A stretch of 64,000 nucleotides of DNA. It comes from a virus. The position numbers and the translations under genes are program-made. This document shows positions 36,825 to 46,962 of this stretch, piece by piece. Where the stretch lies: the IMG/VR virus record IMGVR_UViG_3300027906_000002, positions 1-64,000 of that record; one strand, given 5' to 3'. Every line of letters starts with the position of its first letter. Positions within the stretch are counted from its first letter, which is position 1. Below the pieces are notes generated by a model. It did not search any database. It was not told the origin of the DNA and saw only the letters and a program-made list of their open reading frames with translations.

Positions 36825-37035
36825 CATTCAAGATGTAACAGAAGAAGAGGCGGTTAGTAACCTACCTTTTCTTTTAAGTATGACACAGAGAAATAGAACT
36901 GTTTGGCGTATACGTAGAGAAGATGGTAGTTGCTGCTTACTATCTCCTGTAATACAGTCTGGTCCTCCTGTAGATCAAGAGGTCATTGATCAAGTTGAGG
37001 AATTTAAGAAAGAACTTCTTGACACTACTGACTAA
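36817..37035 (+). CDS. Hypothetical protein with weak Phd/YefM-like pattern
   Basis: VTEEEAVSNLPFLL...VWRIRR.DG.CCLLSP. Confidence 0.45.
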   Translation: MTDIQDVTEEEAVSNLPFLLSMTQRNRTVWRIRREDGSCCLLSPVIQSGPPVDQEVIDQVEEFKKELLDTTD

Positions 37036-37069
37036 ATACCGTATACTGGTTAAGCAATAGGGCAGACCG

Positions 37070-37198
37070 ATGCGACTCAAACGCCATGAAACTCCTAGAA
37101 AGCAGGGACGTAATATTAAGTCTCGTGCTGCGTCTGCTCGTTTGCGCCAACTTAAAAAACGATCAAAACTATTAATAAGAAAACTTCGTAATGTATAG
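37070..37198 (+). CDS. 42-aa very basic peptide
   Basis: MRLKRHETPRKQGRNIKSRAASARLRQLKKRSKLLIRKLRNV. Confidence 0.5.
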   Translation: MRLKRHETPRKQGRNIKSRAASARLRQLKKRSKLLIRKLRNV

Positions 37199-37901
37199 AT
37201 TATTTCCAACCCTTGTGCATGATCTTGAAGTTAGAAATTTTCAAGAGAGGAAGAAAGAACTTCAGGATTATTGTTATGATCAGATGGGTAAAGACCCAGA
37301 TGGAAAGATGTATAGAACTAATAGAGGTGGATGGCAATCTAATGATGATTACCATTTAAGTGAGAACCCAGTTAGAAGAGCAATTTTAGATACTTTAGGA
37401 TATTATCTCAATAACAATAAGGTTTTTAAAGATAATGTTAATCTATATTTGACAGCTTGTTGGATTAATATTAACGGTAAAGGACATTTTAATATTCAGC
37501 ATGACCACCCATCATGTCATATGTCAGGAGCATTGTATATAAAAATACCACCTATTCCAGAAAAATTTCTTGGTGGTGGTTCTAATAATGTATACGGTTA
37601 TTCAACTACTAAAATTGAAGGTGAGGGTGTTATTGGTGGAGAGATATGTTTTGCTAATCCAGCAGCATTTAGTGCTTGGCAAGAATTGTATAATTATACT
37701 GATGAATTTAAAGAAAAGCATTTACAATTTGGGTCATATTATATGCCACCTCAAGAAGGTACAATGTTATTTTTCCCTGCACATCTTAGACATCATGTAG
37801 AACCAAATAAGAGTGATGAGGATAGAATTTCTTGTTCATTTAATTTAGATTTAGTCCAAGATCGTATTGATGGCGGGAATATAGAGGGTGGATATAAATA
37901 A
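37191..37901 (+). CDS. 2OG-Fe(II) oxygenase (TIGR02466-like)
   Basis: WININ..HDHPSCHMSGALY, MLFFPAHLRHHV..RISCSFN. Confidence 0.88.
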   Translation: MYRLFPTLVHDLEVRNFQERKKELQDYCYDQMGKDPDGKMYRTNRGGWQSNDDYHLSENPVRRAILDTLGYYLNNNKVFKDNVNLYLTACWININGKGHFNIQHDHPSCHMSGALYIKIPPIPEKFLGGGSNNVYGYSTTKIEGEGVIGGEICFANPAAFSAWQELYNYTDEFKEKHLQFGSYYMPPQEGTMLFFPAHLRHHVEPNKSDEDRISCSFNLDLVQDRIDGGNIEGGYK

Positions 37902-37927
37902 TTAAAATATCTAGAATACAATATTAT

Positions 37928-38062
37928 ATGACTACGGATAGAAAAGCGGCTAAAAAATTATTAAAGCTTGCCAAAGAACACCCAGACTGGTATACTAAGA
38001 AAGACGTGTTCTACGCAAAACAAGTTAAGAAATTAACCAAAAAGAAAAAACCCACTGACTAA
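37928..38062 (+). CDS. Small basic hypothetical protein
   Basis: MTTDRKAAKKLLKLAKEHPDWY... Confidence 0.5.
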   Translation: MTTDRKAAKKLLKLAKEHPDWYTKKDVFYAKQVKKLTKKKKPTD

Positions 38063-38067
38063 TTATT

Positions 38068-38256
38068 ATGGCACTATCAGAACAAGTAGAAACTGCTTTG
38101 AATGAAGCACAAGATAAACTAAGAGAAGCATTAGCATTTGCAGCAAGGAGTGAGAAACCTTATATTAGTAAGCATATTGCTGATATGATGATGAAAATAG
38201 ATTGTTTGAATGAAGTTTCAACTTTACTTGATAGTGTTGAAGGTATTATGGAGTAA
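38068..38256 (+). CDS. Hypothetical protein
   Basis: ORF track. Confidence 0.7.
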   Translation: MALSEQVETALNEAQDKLREALAFAARSEKPYISKHIADMMMKIDCLNEVSTLLDSVEGIME

Positions 38257-38906
38257 TGGATTTTCATCAACCTGTTAAACGACCTACAAAAGATTCTGTA
38301 TTGTATCATTTGTTTCCAACCCCAGTGTATGCTGCGATGATTGGTAACTTGGATGGAGTTCAGAGTGAATTGGATAGTGTCTGTGATAAATTAGAATTCT
38401 TATACAATCCTAATTTCGGACAGACACATAAATTATCTGCTCCTGATTTTAAAACAAATGTTATAGGAGAACATAAGTTAACTAATCTCTCTGATGAGAT
38501 TCATAAGCATATTCATAATTATCTTACTGCTATAGAGTTTGAACAGAGTGGTTATTGTACTAGAGGAGAAGAAGTACGATATGATATTGTTAGTTCTTGG
38601 ATAACTAAATTTGAGAAGAGAGATTATGCACATATCCATAATCATGGACATTGTGATCTTTCTGGTGTTTATTATTATAAAGTAGGTAATGATAAAGATG
38701 AAACAGGAGATTTATTCTTTCAATCTCCTTGTCCATCAATGATTACATCATTTATTTTTAATCATTATGCTTATAAGCAATGTCAGATACCTCAAGAGGG
38801 TAAATTGTTATTGTTTCCATCATATTTGGATCATGGAGTAGCGACAAATGAAAGTGGATATGATAGAATGAGTGTGTCCTTTAACATTATATTTGAAAGC
38901 CGATGA
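38256..38906 (+). CDS. 2OG-Fe(II) oxygenase (TIGR02466-like)
   Basis: SWIT..HIHNHGHCDLSGVYY, LLLFPSYLDHGV..RMSVSFN. Confidence 0.88.
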   Translation: MDFHQPVKRPTKDSVLYHLFPTPVYAAMIGNLDGVQSELDSVCDKLEFLYNPNFGQTHKLSAPDFKTNVIGEHKLTNLSDEIHKHIHNYLTAIEFEQSGYCTRGEEVRYDIVSSWITKFEKRDYAHIHNHGHCDLSGVYYYKVGNDKDETGDLFFQSPCPSMITSFIFNHYAYKQCQIPQEGKLLLFPSYLDHGVATNESGYDRMSVSFNIIFESR

Positions 38907-39204
38907 TAGACAATGAATCAGACTTGATAGCAGAATTATTAACAATTGCTGCTGAACTTAAAGGTACGATGACTAGATCTACTACATATGCTAGTACTGG
39001 TAGATCATCCAAAAAAATTGTAATAGAGTACGACATTAAGGAGAACAAAAGATGAAAATTAAACTAGGATCAGCAGTCACTAAGATTAAGGACTGGGATA
39101 AGGCAATGGCAAAGAAATTTCAGGACAAGTTTAACTTGACCGATTATCAAATGTTATGTCTTACTTTCGTTAAGGGTTTTGTTATTGGGGCTGTTCTTCT
39201 ATGA
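38903..39204 (+). CDS. Two coupled 50-aa hypothetical proteins (38903-39055 and 39052-39204)
   Basis: Manual translation; ATGA overlaps. Confidence 0.5.
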
Positions 39205-39725
39205 AAGGAGAGTTATTATGTTTGATAAAGACATATTGTTATCGTAAAGGTGAGTATACTCTTTCTTCTGGTAAGAAAAGTGAGCATTATGTTAATTGCA
39301 AACCAGTTACTTTATCTGGAGTAGGACTTAATATAATCAGTCAGTTATTTACACAGGAATTATCTCCTTCTACACTAGCAGTAGGTGGTTTAACTCTTGG
39401 TGCTGATCCATTAGTGGCAGGTGTTGCTATGACTGCTGGTGTTGATGGTTTAATTGTTCGTAAAGAACCAAAGGGTCATGGTACTCAAGCATGGATTGAA
39501 GGACCAGCATTACCTTTAAATACGGAGATAACCGTACTAGAGGATGTAATTACAACAGGTGGGTCTGCTATTAAAGCAGTAGAGAAACTTCGTGATGCTG
39601 GATATAAAGTAAATGAGATTATTACTATTGTTGATAGGCAAGAAGATGGTGAAGCAGATATTAAAATGAAAGAAGCTAACATAACACTTAAGAGTCTATT
39701 CACTCTTGCTGAGGTTGCTAAATAG
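39201..39725 (+). CDS. pyrE: Orotate phosphoribosyltransferase
   Basis: LSSGKKS, GGLTLGADP, RKEPKGHG, VLEDVITTGGS. Confidence 0.95.
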   Translation: MKGELLCLIKTYCYRKGEYTLSSGKKSEHYVNCKPVTLSGVGLNIISQLFTQELSPSTLAVGGLTLGADPLVAGVAMTAGVDGLIVRKEPKGHGTQAWIEGPALPLNTEITVLEDVITTGGSAIKAVEKLRDAGYKVNEIITIVDRQEDGEADIKMKEANITLKSLFTLAEVAK

Positions 39726-39751
39726 AACTGTAGCAAAACGTATGATTATTC

Positions 39752-41071
39752 GTGGCAACTAAGAAGATATCACAGTTAGAGACAATATCTGACTCCAATT
39801 TGTCGGGGGAAGCAATTCTTCCTGTTGTTGTTTCTGATCCTTTGATTCCTAATAGGAAAGCGAAGGTTAATCAGTTAATGAAAGGAGTTAGTCAAGGAAC
39901 AAAAACTGAACCTGGTTTATGTTTTGACCTTGATAGAGACACTGGATTGTATCAAAATGCATACAATCAAATAGGTGTATCGTTTGGTGATGGTGGATTA
40001 TATGCCACTCGTCTTGATAATGGTAATGATAGTACTTCGTTATATGTTACAGCAATTGATGATGTAGCACAAAATACAGATATAGTTTTTGCTCCAAAAG
40101 GTACAGGTGCGGTTAAGGTAACAGGTCAATTTCTAATTGAAGATTCCTCTTTTGTTTTAGAGGATTCTCAGGGTCCAAAGGTAAGATTTGAAGTAGGTAA
40201 TGTTGGTACTGGTACTAGTACCAGAATCATGACACTTCCTCAAATTACTCAAGGTAATGGTACTACAATTGTAGGTGACAATACTACTCAAACGTTAACA
40301 AATAAAACTCTTCTTATTGATGAGGATAATTTTGTTATTGTTGATGGTACTGAAGAAGCAATTTTTCAAATCAACTGGCCAACAACGTCAGGAACTAGGA
40401 GATCTTACTTCTTACCTGATGCAGGTGCAGTAACAACTTCTGGAGAACCTACTGCAACATCTTCTACTCTACTTGATACTAAGACGGAACAGACAACTTT
40501 AAATAAGACTTTAGTCACTCCGAAAATGGCTGCTAATGCAGATGACGGAACAAGTTGGGTTCAATGGAATACTTCAGCATTAAGTGCTAATAGAACTATT
40601 TCATGTCCAGACCAAAGTTTAATTTTAGTTGGTACAGAATCAACTCAAACTCTTACTAACAAGACTGTTAGTGGTTTGATTGTTGCAGATACTACAGATC
40701 CTACTAAGAGATTCTTATTTGATATATCAAATAGTAACTCTCTTACTATAGAATCTATTCAGTTTCCACCTACGGCAAACCTAAATAATGATGGTGATAC
40801 TAATACAATAGTAACAGAGTTAGCAGGACAGGATTTAAAGAATAAAACAATTTATAATCCAGTAATTGCTCAGACAGGACTACCTGGACAAGTGACTATT
40901 TCTGTAGATAATATAACATCTACTAGAACTATTAGGTTCCCAGATGCGGATGCAACACTACTTTCTACTGAAAACGTAACTGTTGATGATGTTAACTTTG
41001 GTGCTGGTATCGGTGCTGCAAACTTAACTTCAAGAACAAGACTACAACAATTTTTCTACGCAGGATTCTAA
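39752..41071 (+). CDS. Virion structural protein
   Basis: MATKKISQL start; repeated QTLTNKT motifs typical of phage fibre or structural proteins. Confidence 0.65.
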   Translation: MATKKISQLETISDSNLSGEAILPVVVSDPLIPNRKAKVNQLMKGVSQGTKTEPGLCFDLDRDTGLYQNAYNQIGVSFGDGGLYATRLDNGNDSTSLYVTAIDDVAQNTDIVFAPKGTGAVKVTGQFLIEDSSFVLEDSQGPKVRFEVGNVGTGTSTRIMTLPQITQGNGTTIVGDNTTQTLTNKTLLIDEDNFVIVDGTEEAIFQINWPTTSGTRRSYFLPDAGAVTTSGEPTATSSTLLDTKTEQTTLNKTLVTPKMAANADDGTSWVQWNTSALSANRTISCPDQSLILVGTESTQTLTNKTVSGLIVADTTDPTKRFLFDISNSNSLTIESIQFPPTANLNNDGDTNTIVTELAGQDLKNKTIYNPVIAQTGLPGQVTISVDNITSTRTIRFPDADATLLSTENVTVDDVNFGAGIGAANLTSRTRLQQFFYAGF

Positions 41072-41080
41072 TTAATAGCT

Positions 41081-42523
41081 ATGGCAGACCAAGGAATTTT
41101 AGCACAATCTAAACCAGGTGCGAATACAAATACTGTTTTATATTCAGCTCCAGTAGATAAATCTGCAAGTACAGTATTGACTGTAGCGAATGATGGAACT
41201 GGATCTGCATATAAAGTTGGTATAAAGGATTATGATCAAAAATTAACTCTTGATGCATCAACGTATAGGTTGCATACGGGTGATTTGATCTCAGGATATA
41301 AGGTAACAGTAGATAATGCCATGTCATCCACTACTGGTCTTACTGGTGGTAGTTTAATTACAAGTGATGATTCTGAAAAGAGTTTCTACTTTGAATCATT
41401 TGCTGTTCCTGATTTAACAACATGGTATGTAAAGGTTGCATCAATAAGGCAAGTAACTCTAGAATCTGTAACAGGTACTTTTACTGTAGGTTCGACTCTT
41501 AGTACAGGAACTTCACCTAATGATACAACAGCAGTAATTTTTGGTGTTGTTGGAACTATTCTTTATATTGGACCTTCTACTATTAATGGTACTGGTGCAG
41601 AATTTGCTGATGGTAATGCTGTAGCTTCTGGTGCTGCTTCTGGTACTATTTCAAGTGGTGGTATCGGTGCTGCAAGCGATGATTTTGTAATTTCAAAAAC
41701 AACTGCTGGTGGTACATATAGTCTTTATCTTGGAGATCCTTTAGAAGCATTTACTGATCGTACTTATAAGTTTGATCTTTCAGATTCTAGTATGACTGGT
41801 AGGGATTTTAAAATATCTAGTACTGTCAATGGAATATGGGGTCCTGATGGTGTAATAGGTGGTGGTGATGATGGTGTTGAATATACTACTGGTAAGACCA
41901 GTGGTGGTACTGCTGGACAGGCAGGAGCATATATTCAGTATGACTGGACAGCAAGTGGTACTTTAACTGTCATGTATTTTTATGATGGTGGATCAGGTAC
42001 TGCTGGTAATGCTGGTTTTGGTGGTGCTGATAGATCTCTCACAATGTCGGACCAGTTTACCTATAATGATTTCTTTGTTTATGATATTACTGGTACTTGG
42101 GTTAACGCATCTGATTCATTTACACAAACAGCAACTACTTTTACAGTAACTGCTCAAGCATCTGGTGCTTATGGTTATGTTCGTGATTATACTGGGACTG
42201 CTTTAAAAGTAGTTAAAGGTCTTAATTCTCCAGAGTTTGCTGGTAGTTTAACCTTTAAGGATGCACCACTCCAAGAAAACCTTACTAGATCTACTGTTAC
42301 TGTTAGCTCAGTTACTGTAGCTAGTGATGCACTTGAAGATGAGCATTATATTGTTAATGGTGTTGCCAATGGCAATAATGAAGTAGATAGAATCACTTCA
42401 TTAGTTGTTGGTCCTGGTGAGAGAATAGTTATTAATAGTACTACTGCTAATAACTCATTCAGTCTCATTGGATTTGAGGATGCAAGCACAGCATTTACTG
42501 CTAGAGTCTTCGCAGCGATCTAA
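41081..42523 (+). CDS. Virion structural protein
   Basis: Thr/Gly-rich, beta-rich; in the late structural cluster. Confidence 0.6.
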   Translation: MADQGILAQSKPGANTNTVLYSAPVDKSASTVLTVANDGTGSAYKVGIKDYDQKLTLDASTYRLHTGDLISGYKVTVDNAMSSTTGLTGGSLITSDDSEKSFYFESFAVPDLTTWYVKVASIRQVTLESVTGTFTVGSTLSTGTSPNDTTAVIFGVVGTILYIGPSTINGTGAEFADGNAVASGAASGTISSGGIGAASDDFVISKTTAGGTYSLYLGDPLEAFTDRTYKFDLSDSSMTGRDFKISSTVNGIWGPDGVIGGGDDGVEYTTGKTSGGTAGQAGAYIQYDWTASGTLTVMYFYDGGSGTAGNAGFGGADRSLTMSDQFTYNDFFVYDITGTWVNASDSFTQTATTFTVTAQASGAYGYVRDYTGTALKVVKGLNSPEFAGSLTFKDAPLQENLTRSTVTVSSVTVASDALEDEHYIVNGVANGNNEVDRITSLVVGPGERIVINSTTANNSFSLIGFEDASTAFTARVFAAI

Positions 42524-42554
42524 TAAATAACCATATAGGAATAGCGTATACGTA

Positions 42555-45500
42555 ATGTCACTAACTAGGTTAAAGAATATTATTACGTCCAGAACTGGAC
42601 GTATTATCTACGTAAACCCTGACGATTTCGATGCTTCTGATGCAATTGATAACAGGGGTAACTCGGCATTACGTCCGTTTAAGAGTTTACAACGTGCTTT
42701 CCTTGAGGTGGCACGATTTTCATATAGAGTCGGTTTAAGTAATGACGAATTTGACGCATTTTCAATTTACTTATATCCAGCAGTATATGAAATAGATAAT
42801 AGACCTGGAGATATTCTTTATACAAACGTTGCACCTATTGATGAAAACTCTAACCTAGATTTAACATCTCCAAATAATGTACTATACAAATATAATTCAA
42901 TCGAAGGTGGTGTTATTGTACCCAGAGGTTGTTCTGTAGTTGGTAGTGACCTTAGAAGAACTAAAATAATTCCAAAGTATGTTCCTTATCCTACAACATA
43001 CGCTGCTAAAGGTATAAACACAGAAGCACAAGTACCTGCAAGAACTGCAATATTTAAAGTAACTGGTGGTACTTACTTCTGGCAATTCTCATTCTTTGAT
43101 GGTGCAGAAGAAGGTGTATATTTCAAACCTGATAGTGTAGAAACATTACCACCTAAGTATTCACATCATAGACTTACATGTTTTGAGTTTGCTGATGGTT
43201 TAAATACATTATCACAACTTATTGCTAATGGAACGGTTGCTAACGCAGATTATTCTGCTGTTCCAAATATTCTAGACAGAACAGACTTAGACATATATTA
43301 TCAGAAGATATCTAAAGCATTCGCAACAATTCCTGATACATCTGGTGATCCTACAACTGACCAAATTCAGGCAAGGGTTGAGGAAAACAGAATTGTTGGT
43401 CCTATTTCTGATGAATATAAGGTATTACAAATAACAAGAAACGGACAGACTGCTACTGCTGTTACTGTTGATGAATTTGATAACCCAAGAGATCATGGAT
43501 TCTCTGTTGGTGTTAACATTAACATCTCTGGAGTTACAGGTTCAACTGGACCTCAATCAGAATTAGACTCTGGTATATACAATGGTTCATTCACTGTAAC
43601 ATCTGCATCTGGTAACGTATTCACTTATCAAATGGCAGCAGAACCTTCTGGTAATGCTGTTGGTTCAAACGTAACAGTTAAGACTGAGATTGATACAGTT
43701 GACTCAGCGTCACCTTATGCTTTCAACCTATCACTGAGAAGTGTGTGGGGTATGAATGGTATGAACGCTGATGGTGCTAAAGCAACTGGTTTCAAATCAA
43801 TGGTTGTGGCACAGTTTACTGGACTATCACTACAGAAAGACGACAGAGCATTTGTAAGATATAACGCATCAACTGGTAACTATGACGTAGCAACATCTGG
43901 AGATGGTGCTCACTTAGATGGATTTGCAGAGTATAGAAAAGATTGGGGTCATAGACATATTGTTGCATCTAATGATGCATTTATTCAGGCGGTCTCGGTG
44001 TTCGCTGTTGGATACTATGCTCATTTCTCAGCACACAACGGTGCTGACATGTCAATTACTAATAGTAACAGTAACTTTGGTAATACTGCACTTAGATCTG
44101 CTGGATTTAAGAATAAGTCATTCTCTAAAGATAAGGCAGGTTCATTAACTCATGTTATTCCACCTAAAGCTTTAGGTGTTATTTCAACTTCTGCTACTGG
44201 TGCAAATAATGGTGGTAATATTACATTAGCTAATGATGGATCTGTCAATGGTGTTATTGAAGGAATGACAGTTCATGGTGTTGGAATAGGTCAAGGTGCA
44301 ACTGTTGGATCTGTTAATACCAATACTAGAGTTATTACATTAACAGAAACTAATACTGCTGTTATTGATGGTAATGTTATTTTTGGTGAAGAGACATCTG
44401 TTAACTGGGTTAACGTTGATATTAAGAGAACTAAGACAATTAACTCTGCATTGGCAGGACAAGGTGGTACTCCAGGAACTAGATTGTATCTCTATGGTTA
44501 TACTGTAGAAGCATCACCACCAACAACAAGAGTACAGGGTTATACAATCGGTGCTAGACAAGATGGTACTGGACTTGATGCAGTAGCAGATAAAATTAAT
44601 TGTTTGCTTGTTGCTAATGGTGCAAATGAAGCGACTATTCATAATGCAGCAGTATCACCTTATGGACCTAGTGTTTCTGGTGTTTCTGCTGGTACTGCTG
44701 GATCTCCAATACAATTTGATAATCAAACATATACTATAGGTGGTGTACCAGATGTAGTGGGTGGTTGGTATCTTTCTGTAGATTCTGTTAATAACATGAT
44801 CTATGATACATTATCAACTAACGCAACATATAATACTGTTAACTTTACACCAACAACATTCCTTAAGAGAATACCTGACCCAAGAGACTTACAAGATAGA
44901 ACATATAGATTCCGTTATGTAATTGATAAGGATAAGACTAATCCATTACCAAGAGATCCTCTATCTGGTTATGTATTACAACCATTGAATAGTGATACTA
45001 CATCATATGCATTATCTAAGTGTTATTACATTTACGATATTGAAGTTGTACAACCATTTGTTCGAGGTGTTGATGATGGTATCTATTACCTAACATTATT
45101 ATGTGCATCTATTGCACCTTCAACTTCTAACTTTAATGATAGATTCTTCTCTCAGAATGTTAACGAAGTATATCCTACATTTGACAGAGATAATCCTCTT
45201 GCTGATCCAGATCCTGCTATATCTGTTGCTGATAACCAAATCATTGGTTTAGTTAATGCAACTGATGGTGCAACACCAACTCCTAATCTTGATCCTCAAA
45301 GAAGTATTACTAAGGAATCAACTGAGTTCTTACTAGCAGATACAGGTTGGACACAACCAGGTACTACACCTAACTTTGACTCTGTTAATGGTAGGTTATC
45401 TAACACAGAATTAACTGCTCGTGCTGGTGATGAGGAAGTAAGAAAGATTAAGATAAGACAGAATAATGATGGTACGGTAGCACCAATAGCAGTAGAGTTT

Positions 45501-46517
45501 AGACGACACTCTATCTTAAGATCAGGTAACCATACGTTTGAGTATCTCGGTTTTGGTCCAGGTAACTATTCAACTGCGTTCCCTCAAACACAGGTTGAGA
45601 CATTAACTACTAATCAAGTTAGGTTCTCTCAGTCTATTAAAGAGGCAGCAGGTGTTGCGTTCTATTCAGGTCTTAACTCAAATGGTGACCTATTCATTGG
45701 TAACCAGGTCATTAACCCTGTTACTGGTCAGATCACTAACGAAGATATTGCACAGTTGAATGTTGTTGGTGAAGAGAATACTACTATTGAAACCTTCTCT
45801 GAGTTGGTTATAACTGATAAAATAACTGTAATTGGTGGAGCATCTAACCAGTTAGAATCTATATTCGCTGGTCCTGTTACTTTCCAAGGACAGACAACGT
45901 TTACTGATAACTTATCTGCTAAGAAGATTTCATACTTCAACCAAGATGGTACAGTTATTAAGCAGACTCTACTAGCACCAGAGCTAGCAACTGGACAACC
46001 AGATTTCTCTAACATAACAGGATATGATACTCCTGCTGATGGTGACTTAGTTTATAATATAAACTGGGTTCCAGGTAAATCTCTTGGTTGGATTCGTTAT
46101 GCTCAAGAGTGGAAAGAATTTGGTCTAACAGACACAGGTATCATTGATATTTCTACCTTTAGTAATACTCAAAACATTGGTATTGGTAAGACAGCAACTG
46201 CTGACTTTAGAGTTGATATATTAGGTAATGCTAAGGTAGATGGTGACTTAGTTGTAACTGGTCGAGGTGGTGTTGCATCTGACAAGTATATTACAAGAAC
46301 TTATACTGGTGATGGATCAACATTAACATTTGCATTAACAACTTATGGTGCTGGTATTCAACATACTGATGACTCTGTATTAGTATTCTTGAATGGTGTA
46401 GCACAGATAGCAGGTACTAACTATACTGTTGATACTCTTGGTGCAAATATTGTATTCAGTTCTGGTGATGCACCATTGAATACAGATACAGTTCATATTT
46501 TAGAATTACCTATCTAA
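42555..46517 (+). CDS. Large virion structural / tail-fibre-like protein
   Basis: 1320 aa; MSLTRL.NII..RTGRIIYVNP..G.S.LRPFKSLQRA N-terminus; C-terminal VLVFLNGVAQ..G.NYTV motif. Confidence 0.7.
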   Translation: MSLTRLKNIITSRTGRIIYVNPDDFDASDAIDNRGNSALRPFKSLQRAFLEVARFSYRVGLSNDEFDAFSIYLYPAVYEIDNRPGDILYTNVAPIDENSNLDLTSPNNVLYKYNSIEGGVIVPRGCSVVGSDLRRTKIIPKYVPYPTTYAAKGINTEAQVPARTAIFKVTGGTYFWQFSFFDGAEEGVYFKPDSVETLPPKYSHHRLTCFEFADGLNTLSQLIANGTVANADYSAVPNILDRTDLDIYYQKISKAFATIPDTSGDPTTDQIQARVEENRIVGPISDEYKVLQITRNGQTATAVTVDEFDNPRDHGFSVGVNINISGVTGSTGPQSELDSGIYNGSFTVTSASGNVFTYQMAAEPSGNAVGSNVTVKTEIDTVDSASPYAFNLSLRSVWGMNGMNADGAKATGFKSMVVAQFTGLSLQKDDRAFVRYNASTGNYDVATSGDGAHLDGFAEYRKDWGHRHIVASNDAFIQAVSVFAVGYYAHFSAHNGADMSITNSNSNFGNTALRSAGFKNKSFSKDKAGSLTHVIPPKALGVISTSATGANNGGNITLANDGSVNGVIEGMTVHGVGIGQGATVGSVNTNTRVITLTETNTAVIDGNVIFGEETSVNWVNVDIKRTKTINSALAGQGGTPGTRLYLYGYTVEASPPTTRVQGYTIGARQDGTGLDAVADKINCLLVANGANEATIHNAAVSPYGPSVSGVSAGTAGSPIQFDNQTYTIGGVPDVVGGWYLSVDSVNNMIYDTLSTNATYNTVNFTPTTFLKRIPDPRDLQDRTYRFRYVIDKDKTNPLPRDPLSGYVLQPLNSDTTSYALSKCYYIYDIEVVQPFVRGVDDGIYYLTLLCASIAPSTSNFNDRFFSQNVNEVYPTFDRDNPLADPDPAISVADNQIIGLVNATDGATPTPNLDPQRSITKESTEFLLADTGWTQPGTTPNFDSVNGRLSNTELTARAGDEEVRKIKIRQNNDGTVAPIAVEFRRHSILRSGNHTFEYLGFGPGNYSTAFPQTQVETLTTNQVRFSQSIKEAAGVAFYSGLNSNGDLFIGNQVINPVTGQITNEDIAQLNVVGEENTTIETFSELVITDKITVIGGASNQLESIFAGPVTFQGQTTFTDNLSAKKISYFNQDGTVIKQTLLAPELATGQPDFSNITGYDTPADGDLVYNINWVPGKSLGWIRYAQEWKEFGLTDTGIIDISTFSNTQNIGIGKTATADFRVDILGNAKVDGDLVVTGRGGVASDKYITRTYTGDGSTLTFALTTYGAGIQHTDDSVLVFLNGVAQIAGTNYTVDTLGANIVFSSGDAPLNTDTVHILELPI

Positions 46518-46539
46518 ATAATAATAGTAAGGAGGTCTT

Positions 46540-46962
46540 ATGGCAGTTTCAAGAATTAGTGGAAATCAAATATCGACTTCCACAGAAGCAATTATCACTA
46601 CACTTGGTTTTTTAAACTCTAATAGTGTCTTTAAATTACCTGTTGGTAATATAGCACAAAGACCTGTTGGTGTTACTGCTGGTACTCTAAGGTATAATAG
46701 TGAGATAGATAACGCAGAGATATATGTTAACGATGATGGTACTGGTTCTGCTGGATGGGCTCCAGTTGCAGGTGGTGGTCCAGCATTAGGAGAAGAAAGT
46801 GTTATAAGAACGAATCATAATGTTATTTCAGAAAATATTACTGTAGGTCCATCAGCAAATAATGATGCTAAATTTACAAACGGTTTTACTGCTGGACCTG
46901 TGACCATTGCTAATGGTTACACCATTACTATAGAAAGTGGAGCAGCATGGAGCGTAATCTAA
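46540..46962 (+). CDS. Small virion/fibre-associated protein
   Basis: LPVGNIAQRP..GTLRYN motif; C-terminal AGPVTIANG.TITI. Confidence 0.65.
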   Translation: MAVSRISGNQISTSTEAIITTLGFLNSNSVFKLPVGNIAQRPVGVTAGTLRYNSEIDNAEIYVNDDGTGSAGWAPVAGGGPALGEESVIRTNHNVISENITVGPSANNDAKFTNGFTAGPVTIANGYTITIESGAAWSVI

